DNA of 64,000 nucleotides. Origin: Geosiphon pyriformis uo1 (Eukaryota > Fungi > Glomeromycota). The notes below the pieces were generated by a model that did no database searches, had not been told where the DNA came from, and saw only the letters and a list, made by a program, of their open reading frames with translations. Shown in pieces: positions 22,977 to 34,932 of the stretch. Location of the stretch: contig JAAOMT010000309.1 of NCBI GenBank assembly GCA_016748015.1, positions 186,001 through 250,000 of the forward strand. The letters are read 5' to 3'. Both the position numbers and the translations under genes were made by a program. The first letter of the stretch is position 1. Every line of letters begins with the position of its first letter.

Positions 22977-23620
22977 CGTGTGTTTTTGTTTTGGGATGGC
23001 AGTTTGGAAAATTATTTTATTTTATTTCTTCTAACTCTCAATGATCGTTTAGCTCTTGTCACTTATCTGACCTCAAACTTTCATAGATTTAACGCCATTG
23101 AAGGCCACTCTCAATAAGCGACCATATGAGAAGGAAGAACTTTAGCTGTAAGTCCCGTTTTTCTACCTGCTAAGTATCACTTTACAATAAGAGATTCTTA
23201 ACTTTTCTTTCTTTATATGGTAAATTTATCCAAGACGTCTCTATAGTATGTGCATTTAGGGAGACGATTGAAGAGAAACTTGCTGTGAAGGTGCCCTTTA
23301 TGTGTAATATTAATCCGACACCTAATATTTTTAAATATTGAATTTCTATTCCTGCTAAAGCCATTCTATTTTTTTTCTTTTAAAAAAGCCACCTTGATGA
23401 TTAGAAATATTTGGCCTGCTATTTTTTTCACTATTCTTTTTTTACCCATATTGTCCATGCGGTCCTCAGACGGTGGATAATACCTGGAAGTGTGAAGAAG
23501 AGATGTCATGCTTGTCCTCAGACAGTGACCTTTTCAACACAGTCCTGTTTACTGGTTTACCCTCAGGTGATCAGTCGGCAGAAGTGCAAGTGGAAAGACC
23601 NNNNNNNNNNNNNNNNNNNN

Positions 23621-24439
23621 AAATGAATTAGCTTAAGAAAGACTTTGTTTATGTATTTCTCATCTCAAGTTATTAATTTCCAAATTAAATAAAAAAAAAC
23701 ATTTACAATGAGCTCATACTTATGAAAATTAGACAATAGAAAATTTTAAACAAGTTGTTTGGTCAGATAAATCTACATATACACAAATTAGGATTACAGA
23801 ATTTGAACATGTATAGTGTAAATCTTCTGAAGAGTTTCATAAGGATTGTATTGCAGCCACAGTTAGAAAAAGCTTTAGTTGCATGTTTTGGGGATGTTTT
23901 TCATAAGTTGGTTTGGACTCTTTAGTTCCTTTGATTGGTCATATTACTGGAGTTATATATCACAAAATCTTGGCTAATTATGCAATTCCTATGATAAAAC
24001 TTTATGTAAAAAAAACTAAAAAAAAGTTTTTTTTTCAGGAAAACAATGCACCAATCTATACATTAAAAGTCACACATTTTTTTTTTACTTCTTCAAATGT
24101 TGAATTACTTTTTTGGTTAGCACAAAGTCCTGATATTACTCCAATAGAAAATTTTTGGTCATATATTAAAGTTAAAATTTGTCAATGTAATTTACAACTC
24201 TCAAATATTGTACAATTAGAACAGTGGATTAAGGAAGAATAGAATGCAATATCTGTAAATTACTATTGTAATTTGATCAAGTCTATGTCACATTGAGTTC
24301 AAGCTATTCTTGAAGCAAATAAGAGTCAAACAAAATACTAACATGTATTTTAATATAATAATAAAAAATTAACAATTCATAAGTTAGTTCTTTTATATAA
24401 CATATTATAAAAGTGTCTAATACTTTTTATACTCCCTTA
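23621..24439 (+). mobile_element. Tc1 family 1 copy with right TIR, followed by TA
   Basis: VVWSDK..ENNAP..SPDITPIENFW..QTKY*; ends TACTCCCTTA|TA. Confidence 0.88.
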
Positions 24440-24601
24440 TAAGTCAATTTGATCTTAAAAATAATACCAAACACCAAAAAAGAGACCACCCATTTAGCAA
24501 ATTTTTAATAATTAGCAATAGTTTCTTAAGCACTATTAGTGACAACACCAGAAATCAAAAGAAAAGATGATTTAATATCTANNNNNNNNNNNNNNNNNNN
24601 N

Positions 24602-26636
24602 TATGCCTTTAAAATTTTTAACATCAGTAATTCTAATTTATAAAACTTAGTAGATACAATATATTTGATTACACTATTATTTTGGTATTATGTTTTTAAA
24701 AGAGCAGTATTAGTGGCAAAATATATCATTTAATTAAGCAGTGTTTATATTCTGTTAATGTTAATTTTTTTTTACAATTCTCAAAATTATTGGTGACAAC
24801 TAAAATAACAGTTAACAACTGATTTCTAAATCTCTTTTAGATTTTTTTATTAATATTACAGATCTTATATTTTTATTTATTTTAAACAGCTTGCTTACAT
24901 ATTAAGATAAATTAAGAATTAAAAAGTTTTTTCAAGCCAATATCTACTAATATAATCATATAATTAGTATTAAAAAACACATTTGAATAATAAATTCTAA
25001 AAACTGTCACTAATTAAAATAAAGTTTATATATTTACTAATTTTTTTAGAATTAAACTATATAGATAATTTGTATAATAAAAAATTACTAAAAGAGTTAT
25101 ACAAACTCATATTCAAAAAATTTTTGAAACTTATATTATAACCAGAATTATTTTTATTGAAATTTCTACTGAGAACTCTAAAAGCACTATTATTTAAAAC
25201 TTCAGCTATCATTAATTGACTTTATGGAACTAAGCTAATCTTTTTTCTAAAATAGCTTTAACATATAAACCTAAAATAAAAACCAAAAAACAATTTTTAA
25301 ACAATAAATATATTGATAAAAACCAATCAGTTATCTTTGAAACTTTGTATATATATTTAGCAATATTAATATTGATTATTATGGCCATATTAAAATCTAA
25401 ATAATTAAAATTATCACTTAAAATAAAGATTTTAATTCTATTAAATTTGTTTATTATTCAAAAATTAATCTAACTTCTTAGTTTTATTTTCATAATAATA
25501 AATATAAAATTGTCTTTATTTTTATATCAATAAACAATATTTTTTTGTTTGGTAGAATTGTTCATTTTCTTCATATTGCTTATAACAAATTTTAAATATA
25601 ATTAATTATTAAGATAAAAATAACATTAAAAAACCTAAGCCAGTATACAACTAATTCAATCTTACTAAAACCAAATCAACTAAAATCTTAAAAACCATTA
25701 TTTTTAATTTTAAGCCACCTATCTTGGTAGTTAAAACCTTTAAGCTACTAAAACTGAAATCCAAATTTCTGTTTTTTGTTGTTAAAAAAAGAAAAAAAAA
25801 AACAATAATAAATTATTTAAAACCATATCTAAATTCAATTTCAAAACTAATAATATAAAATAGCTAAAAAAAGATATTAATAAATAATTGCCAGAAGTAC
25901 CAAATCTATATTGCTCAGCTTTCACATTATAATAGACACTTGATTAACCAAAAGCTTTAAAAAACAATTCAAAAAAGCTAACTGATTACTAATTACAAAC
26001 ATATCTTAAAAACTAAAAACCACTTTGTTAGAAGGTAAAGCACCAAAAAAAGAAAGTTCAGTAACAGAAGCAAAATAAACATTAATAAAAACAGTCTTTG
26101 GAAACACTATTTGCATCCAAAACTTGCTACCAAATATAGCAAATCAGAAAATAGACACATTCTTTTTTATATAGAAGTAAGCAAACTAAATATAATTTTG
26201 GTTTAAAATAAACTTCTTATAAATTTTTTTTGAATCAAAACAGAGAAACTTGAAAAGTTACACACAAAAAAAAATGTTTAAGATATCTACCATTTTTTAT
26301 AGCATATCAGATTTAACCTAGTCCAAAAAAGTCTTATACTACTAAATATTGGCTTTATTTAAAAAACATACTTCATATTCTGATCTAACTTAAAACCAAC
26401 TACAATACAATAAATCTTATTGTCTATTTTAAATAATTAATTTATAATGCAAGTTTTTCTACCAGCCCTTTTTAACAAAGTATTCAGATTATATGTAGTT
26501 GTTTTTACAAAAAGTGTAAACAGAAAAGTCTTATACTGATTTTTAGACATTTATATATCTTAATTATTTATAGTTTTAGCTATTTATACTGAATTTTTTT
26601 TAATTAAGAACAACTATTTAACTACTAACCAATTTT
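24602..26636 (-). pseudogene. Old LINE (family D): ORF1 C-terminal half and start of the APE endonuclease, heavily eroded
   Basis: Minus strand near 25650-25760 reads LKVLTTKIGGLKLKIMVFKILVDLVLVRL, like family B VLTVKIGGLKANLAVLENSVKVILNKL; MAIIININIAKYIYKVSKI near 25340-25385. Confidence 0.7.
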
Positions 26637-26783
26637 TTTAACCCAATTTTTTTTTTATTAATTAATTTAACAAGCAAAGTCCAAACACTGCCTAGTAACA
26701 ATACATCAAAATAATAATCTATACTAGATATGAATCATGCTTTTCTTATATGTAACTAGTCACTCAAGCCAGCCAGAACTATA

Positions 26784-29700
26784 CTATACACCCATGTATA
26801 CAGAAACCAAATTATCTATACCTAAAAAAAACTGACAGAAATTATGCAATCTAAAACTAACACCAAATACATTGTCAATACCAAACAACCTAATCATATA
26901 GGCCGAAAGCATTAATATGCCACTAGATACTGAGACAGAAATCAAACCATTGTGAGGGATTAAATCATGTTTCTTCATAAAAACACAATGTTTGGAGCAG
27001 ACCAGCCAAATATTATTTCTAAAAGACAAGCACAAATTATAAACAAATTCAACCACTTTATCAGATGCAGTCTTAGAATTATTAAAGCAGGAAACAGCCT
27101 CCTGATATCAATACATGAGCACAAAATCTTTGCACAGTGAAGCAACCAGTTCCAAATCAGTTAAACAATTGGATAACATTTGTAATACATAAAAGAAGGC
27201 ATAAGATAGACCAGAAATAGCTCTCCAAGCAAAAGCAAAATCAATGAACAATTGAAGCTGAGCAGTTGCATCAAATACACAAGAAAAAACATGATCTGAC
27301 ACTTCGATATTATCACAATACAGGCACACCACACTGGAGTAACATTTATTGTAGAGGCGTTTGTAAACAGCAACAGACAGTTTATGATGTAAAGCTTTTA
27401 TAAAATAAAAACAAGAGCCAGCAGAGTGGCAACTTGTAAAGCCAGCAGTCATATGGAAGTTAGGATGTCAAACAAGAGACAATTTAAACCAATCAATATC
27501 TATAAACAGACAACTGTCCACAATTTTGGCACCAGAGCCTAATTTCCAGCATGCATGATGGATAGACTAAAAAACATCATAAATAAAGTGTCTAGAGTTT
27601 CCAAAAACAATACTGCTATTAATCAAAACAAAACATTTCTTGAGCTAGAGATAGAGGAGCCAACCTGAATAAGAAGAAATACTAGCAAGCAACTCAGCCC
27701 AATCATTATCCAAAACACCTGAGTGTCTTTTAATCTTATATCAACCAACATTCAAATTCTTTTTACATATAATGCCTGCAATGTGTCAATGTTCAACCCA
27801 ACATTTGTTCCAAAAATCCAGAGCCAACAACAATAATTTAGCTTTATACACATCCAAAGCAGCTTGGCTGTCAAAGAATAGATGGACTGAACTCAAATTA
27901 GGCACACACTTAAGGGCCAACACAATGGCTTGAAGCTCCACCAATGTAAAAGACACCATGCCAGTTACCTTTACTCCAAGACCTAAATTAATGTCCTCAA
28001 AGAACGCAGTAGCACCAGCTTTCATATCAACACTTCCCAAGCTACAAAGAGAACCATTTGTATATACAGAAAAGCCAGAAACATCAATGCCAGACAATTA
28101 ATCACATACTGACTTAAACTCATAAGATTTAAGAATGTTCTTTGCAGTAGCATTATTTAAAGGGAAAAAACAGACATCAAGAAAACCAGAATCATAGAGA
28201 TACCAAATAGCAATAACAAATCAGACAGGAACAAGACCATATAGATTAAGTCTCTGTCACCACTTGAAAGTCTTCCAGTTAAAGACAGCACCATTCCGGC
28301 ACTGAAGCTGCTTAACAAAAGCAATTCCATAATGACAAAGAAAGGGAAAACATCTGAAATACATTGACTCACCAAGGATACCAGATAAAGAAATTCCACA
28401 CCAGAAGTGAAAAGCATTACACATAAGATTGCCCAAAAATAAACCAAAACCAAGAAAGACCCAAACCATGCCTGTTAAGAAGTTGTTCAAAGAATTAACA
28501 CTAATGTGAACTAGAGAACACAAGAGATACACAGAACACCAACTTAAGACCTGTAAATCATGTGATCTATGCATGAACAATTGGCCCAAAATCTCAACAG
28601 AGTTAGTGAAGCATACCACAGCAGCAATTTTGTCTTTAGCTTGGATCTGCTCAAAAGTCTTTAAGCCATAAAATGAGGAGTGGTACAAGACATTGTTAGA
28701 AAAGTCCAAGAGCAGACCCAATTTCAATTTTAGGTTCTTTCGAATTAAAACATCCCACTTTTGGCACACACTAACAGAAACAAAGCTAAATTGGGTTCTA
28801 TAATCAACAATAGGATAAAAAACTGCCAAAACCAAGTAAAAGAACTGTTTATCTGAAATTGCTTTTCTCAGAACAAGATTGGCAAAAAACTGAACATCCA
28901 AATGCACTTTAGTCAAGCTAGACTTAGATAATTCATTGGAAGAAAAAAAATATCCAGATATCAATGAGACACCTCCTTTTTGGTGATGGAAATAGAAGCA
29001 TTATTGACAGATAAAAAAGAAGCCACCACTTTGCAATTAATTGGGATCACTACAGTTTTGTTGTTGTTGATTGAGATATCATTCATTCTGAAAAATTCAC
29101 TGACAACATTGAGAATGTGTTGTGTAGCCATCTAACTAGAACCAACCCATATAATATTATCGACAAATACATCTGCAGCAAGAAAAAAGGTCAAACTATC
29201 TTGGGGATTTATGTGACCAGTCTTGGCAACATAATGCAAATTCAGCTTATAACTACACACTGCTTCTTGTCTTTTTATCTTACACAGCAAAGTGTCATAA
29301 AAAATATGGCAAAAGAGAGATAAAAACACTTTCCCCTAATCCAAGCCATTATGAACACTATAACTATTAGTCAACCCAAAATTGGTCATTATTCTATTCA
29401 TGTGGTTATTGTAAATACTCCCAAAAAATCTTATGAATCTACTGCACATTTTGATTCTGACCAAACTTCTCTTCAGATATTTCCAACCAACCAAGTTGTA
29501 TGCTTTCCTCATGTCTTGCGAAACTAACCAAAGTTCACAATTCTTTTCTAAAGCATCTTCTATTACTGAACCAATAGCAAAAATAGGAGACTGTATTGTC
29601 ATACCTTTAAGAATTAAGAAGTTGTCACCACAAAAAACGTCATACTTACTACATGCCACAGAGATCTTATCAAAGAGAATCTTAGAAAAAATTTTATGGA

Positions 29701-31465
29701 CAGTTTCAATCAGTATTATGGGTTAGGTGTTTGTAAGAACTTCTTCTCAGGGTTTAAAAATCATAAACACCTAAGTCTCTTTCCAAGAACTTGGAACAGA
29801 TTCACAAATCAAACAAAAGTTTAAAAGCACCAAAAGTGAATCCAAAACAAGCTTGTCACAATGTTTCTATAGCTCATTTGTAATACCAAAAAGGCTGGCA
29901 GCTTTATTATCAGGCAAACTTAAAACTACACCAAGAAATTCTTTCATCTCAATTGAGTACATAACATTTGAAAAAGCATCATCAAAAACATATTCCAAGA
30001 GTTGAAATTGGCAATGCCATTTATCTGAAACATCATCAACTACCACATGCTTTCTGGTCCAGCCCTCCATAATTTTATCAACATGAAATTTAACCAAACC
30101 AAACTCTAAAATAAGATTTTCATTTACAATTAGGTGATTCAATATAACTTTGCAAAATGGCTGTTCAAGTACACTTCTAATAGTTTGGCCCTTATTCAAC
30201 TCAAAGTTTTTCATCCTTTTGTCAATTACTAGTCTGATTTAAGAGTCTCTAACATGTTACAATTCTATCATCTTGAGGGAATAATAAGACTTTCTAACTT
30301 TTGTCAAAGCTGATCTAATAGCATCAAAATGAGATCTCAAAAGAAAAAAAAAATTGATAGCAGAAGCATTAACAGAGTCCAAAGATACCCAAACATCTAA
30401 CAAGAAAACAAACTTATTAGATAACACAGAACATAAAGTCTTCACCAACTTAGAAACTAAAAGTTTTAATCTATGATAATGAGAAAAACACTTGGTAAAA
30501 CCACCATTAAAATTTTTAGACCAGGTTTTCAAGAAAACTTCATTTACTAAGAAACAAATGGCTTTGCGAACAATACTTCACATGCCATCCAAATAAGACA
30601 AATGATAAGAATCAGTAAACTCATCAGAAAACATGATAAAATTATCATAAGATACAGTTCTATACTGCTTCTATTTAATTCTATTAACATTTTTAACATT
30701 AAATTTCCACTTGTTTTTATTGGCTTGAACACAAATAGCCCTTAAGACAGGATCCAAAATTCCACCAAGACCAATTGTAATTTGAACAGAACTATGATCA
30801 GTGCTAAAAAACTCATCCATATCTACAATATGCCTATTTACTAAAGCATTACTCAAACTTTGTAAAACAAAAATGTAATCAATAGTTCTCTCAACACCCC
30901 TGGAATTCTTTCAAGTAGAAGCCTTAATGTAAAAACTATTAACCAATGCATTGACTAGACTTAAATCCATACACTTACTAAAGCTAGAGCTACGTTTGTT
31001 CCCATTCTCATTGAAATCACCACCTAAAATAACAAAAGTACTCTTATTACAGGCTCTGGCTATAAAGGAATTGATGAGATCAGCCTGAATTATACACTTA
31101 TCCAGAGAAGTCTTCACATATAAATCCAACACAGAAACAAATTGTTTGTTTTTGAATAGCAAACAGACCATCAAAAGTCTATCCAGAATCTCAGAGATTT
31201 TTGAAACATGTTTGGCTAAATTTTTATTCATGATTAAAGTGATGCCTGCACCTAAAAACTTAGCATCCAGACCTAAAGTAAATATCTTCACACCAGGAAA
31301 CTTATTTGCAATCCAAGACTTGACACTGAAGTAAAGCTTAGTTTCAGTAACTATTGAAATATCATTATTCTAAACTGTGTATCATCTAATAATATTATCC
31401 TGCTTGGCAGGAACATTCATATTTCTAATATTACAAGTAGCAATTTTCCAAGTTAAACTACTCAT
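26784..31465 (-). pseudogene. LINE B ORF2: APE endonuclease, RT, RNase H, C-terminal Zn motif
   Basis: TETKL, GGDFNE, IDYIF, TDH; QDMRKAY, FVDN(D); YTNGS..ELQAI..DSQAAL; CLYCDNIEVSDHVFSC. Confidence 0.92.
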
Positions 31466-33286
31466 TAGTAAAGGGAAAGGGTTACCATGCTACTGCCAAA
31501 ACCAAAAAAATCCAATTTATTCAATATTACCTTAACTGAATTCTCTAGAACTGCCAAGTTAGCCTTCAGGCCACCTATTTTTACAGTTAAAACACAAAAA
31601 CCACTTGGAAAAATGTTCTGAGAGACAGCAGTGACTACACTAAATACAGGAAAAACAAACAATAAAGCATTAACAGTCATGTCCAGCACTGGGTTATGTT
31701 TAGGGGTGGGTAGAACAGTAAAACTTGCTGACAAAACAGCCAGCAACCTGTCCAGTTTATGTGAAATGTTGGCCATCTGGTCAGACACATTCTCAAGTGA
31801 ATGCTTAAAGACACTAACATGTGAAGCCAGAATTATAACCGCAAGTATCAAACTATCAACTGAACCTATGCTCGAATTGTTTTTAATGAGTGGTGTAGAA
31901 TACAAATGTTTAGGGGAGCCACTTTTCACAGAAGCCCAAGTCACACCACCAAAGGAGACTGGACAAGACATGGGAGCTTGTTTTTTGGCATAGATAAGCA
32001 CAAAATATCTCTTATCCAAATCAAAACAAAGTTTTTTTTTTGAAATCCTGCCCAAAGTTTTTTTTACCACTGTCACATTTAGAAAAAACATGATCAAAAT
32101 TACCACATGTGGCACACTTAGAAGAAGACAGACTAGCCCAGACAAGGTTGACACCCTTAAATACTGATATAAAGTAGATGGCAGTCTTTTTGACAACTTT
32201 AGTATCAAAACATATAACAGTACAATGGGCTTATGCATAAGATACCAAGTTCTTAGAAATATAGCAAGTCTTTTCATCATATAACTGGACCAGATCTGAG
32301 AGATCATGGGTATTTGTGCCTATTAGCAGAGTATATAGGAGAGCATAATAGCTGTCTCTTAAATCTCATGTTTGTTTGTTGACATTGGCTTTGGCAACAC
32401 ATACCGAGTCCTTATCTAGCAAGATTAACCATTTGGATACAACCAAGTTAGCAACTTGAAAACTTTCAAACTCCACCAGCACTTTCTGCCAGAGACCAAT
32501 TAGCTGCATTTTAATTGAAAAAATTTTTCCATACTTGACCAAAGCTGACTCAATTGCTGATTTGAGCAGATTAACCGGAATCTCTTTAATAATGATTTTC
32601 CAATCTGATTATATGTTAATCTTCTTTAGATCAGTGTTGACAACAAAATTCTCAGACACAGCCAACTGTTTAGCCAAAACAAGACTGAATTTAGATGTAA
32701 AAGATGCCCTAATAATGCCTGGAAATTTTAATAAAGTTGATATATCTCTGAAACTGTCAATTTTGTAGAATAACTTCCTAACATCCTTGAGTTTGTCATG
32801 TAGAGTACTTCCAGAAACAGCCAACAAACCAATGTTGAGTGCAAAAGATTTGGTCAGTTTAAAACAAAGTCTTTCCTTGACAGAAACAACTGGAAAAAAA
32901 GGGGATTCCAAAGGAACAAGAGGAAGTAAGTTCATGTCAACATCATCAACAATAGAGCCAAAATTACAGAGACTTAAAGATGAGACTTTTACTGTACCAG
33001 AGTTAAAGCATTTAGCCTTTGGGGTGTTGGTACAAGAGTTCAGCAGCCCATCACTCTTACTGTTAGCACTGTAGCCCAAGTTCTTGCCTATTTTGTGCCC
33101 TAACTTTTCATCTAAAGAGGTATTTATGTTTTTATACTGGCCAGGATTGCTTGCAAATACTTTGAAAGACAAATCAGCTTCATCACCCAAGTGTTTAACT
33201 TTTCCAAATGAAACCTTTGATTTCTGTCTCAGACTACCATTTACAGAGCTTGTAGTGGCACCTCTGGCCAATTTTTTTGTGAACAT
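31465..33286 (-). pseudogene. LINE B ORF1 (RRM-like region, Zn knuckle, coiled-coil-like C-terminus)
   Basis: MFTKKLARG start; IIIKEIP..SIKMQLIGLWQKVLVEF; eroded CATCGNFDHVFSKC; homologous to family A ORF1. Confidence 0.85.
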
Positions 33287-33473
33287 AGCATTGATAGCAT
33301 CAGACACCAAAGGGATAACAAAAAGATTAGTAAGTTGAGAAATTGTGAAAACCGAGCAAAAATAAAAGATAAGAACAGATATAAAAAACAAAAACTTCTT
33401 CAAAAAATGCATTATTTCAGGAATTTAGAATGTAGGGAAAAAAGAAGTTTTTTTTTAATATTTAATCCAATTT

Positions 33474-34400
33474 GGCAAATTCTACTATAGTCTTTTACTA
33501 TAGCTTAATTAATTATAATTTGATAAATACAATTTGACCAAATTTGACTACTGTAGTAATAATTATTTTTTTTAGCATATCTATAAATTTTTTTTGATTA
33601 TTACAGCTTAATTTGAATGTATTTCTTGTTTTTTAAGATTATTATTTATAATAAATATCTTTTTTTTTAGCCAATGACACAGCTTTTTTTACGTTTTTTT
33701 CTGTATAAATATTGATCTAATAATTTTTTTAAATTTTGAGAAAGTAATAGTCTTCTAAAACCATTGATTATTGAAAAAATTTTCTTGATTACTTGAGTTT
33801 TTACTGTTACTAACTTGTTTTTTACAGCTAAAAGATTAATATTTAAAGCAAAAAATTTCTTAATAGTTATTTCAACTTGAATTTTTATTATCTTAAAGTT
33901 AATTTGTTTTTTGTTTAATGAAATATTAGAAGAAAATAAAAAAAAACAATTTTTTTTTCTATATTAAAAACAAAAAAGCTAAGAAAAAAGCCACAATTCA
34001 AACCAGAAATTATTTTTTTGGTCTTAAAAATAGTAATAGTTAAATCCAAAAAATGCTTTTATTAATACCAGTTATGAAATTATTGTTTTTATTATTATTA
34101 AACTTATTATTTATCTGAATAAACACTACTATCAGAACTAGATCTAATCAAGGAAATATTTTTCTCATTACTAAAGTATTTAACATATTAAAAATGATTT
34201 TTTTTTTTGAAAAAAATAGCTTTTAATAAGATCATAAATGTTTTTTTGGGCATTTTTTTTAGACATACTACTATTTAAAACAGTTTCCAAGTTCACAATA
34301 AAAGGTTATTAGCTTAAAAAATATTAAAAAAAAAAACAAAAAACTTTTTTTTCAAAATTATGCTCTTTGGAAAATTTAAAACATAGAAAAAAAAAAGATT
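33474..34400 (-). pseudogene. Old LINE family D, ORF1 N-terminal half (duplicated at ~42398-43330); outer boundary approximate
   Basis: Eroded AVIIK..KFGQIVFIKL.LIKL..KTIVEFAKL, continuing across the LINE B TSD into 26636. Confidence 0.65.
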
Positions 34401-34932
34401 GAACTTAATTTAAATTAAATTATATTTGTTAATACCAATATTAAAAATAATAAAAAACTATTAATTTTAATTTTATAGAAAATTAACAAAAAAAATTAGT
34501 ATTAAAAAAGATTTTGGCTTTTTACTAATAATAATATGTTTTTAGCAAGATTATGTTAAATATTAATTATAAAAAATTATATAATATAATTAAAAATTTG
34601 CCAAATAGCAAAATTATTAAATTGTTTAATTAAAACTGTTAAAAAAATTTTTTATGATTTTGTTTAATTATTTTTTGGCTGTTTACAGCAAATTTAATAT
34701 TTTTTAAGTANNNNNNNNNNNNNNNNNNNNATTAATAATTTGTTAATTTTTATTGCAAAAATAAATTTTTTATAAATATTTATTTATTTATTAATAAATA
34801 ATTTGTTTAAATTTAGTATAATTAAAATATAAATTTTTTGTTAATATAATAAGATATATTAATTAAAAAAAATTTAAAATTTAAAGTAAATTTATCAATA
34901 AATTTTTTTTTAAGTTATTTTTTATTTGTTAC

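Larger units (their letters stand above)
26650..33460 (-). mobile_element. LINE family B, full length (~6.8 kb), with poly(A) and TSD
   Basis: TSD TTTAA(C/T)CCAATTT at 26637-26649 and 33461-33473; two ORFs; poly(T) on the plus strand up to 26656. Confidence 0.93.

Noticed and set aside
22929-23117. 62-aa ORF starting inside the hairpin, the same in both copies
   Set aside because: Identity follows from near-identical DNA; no recognisable motif
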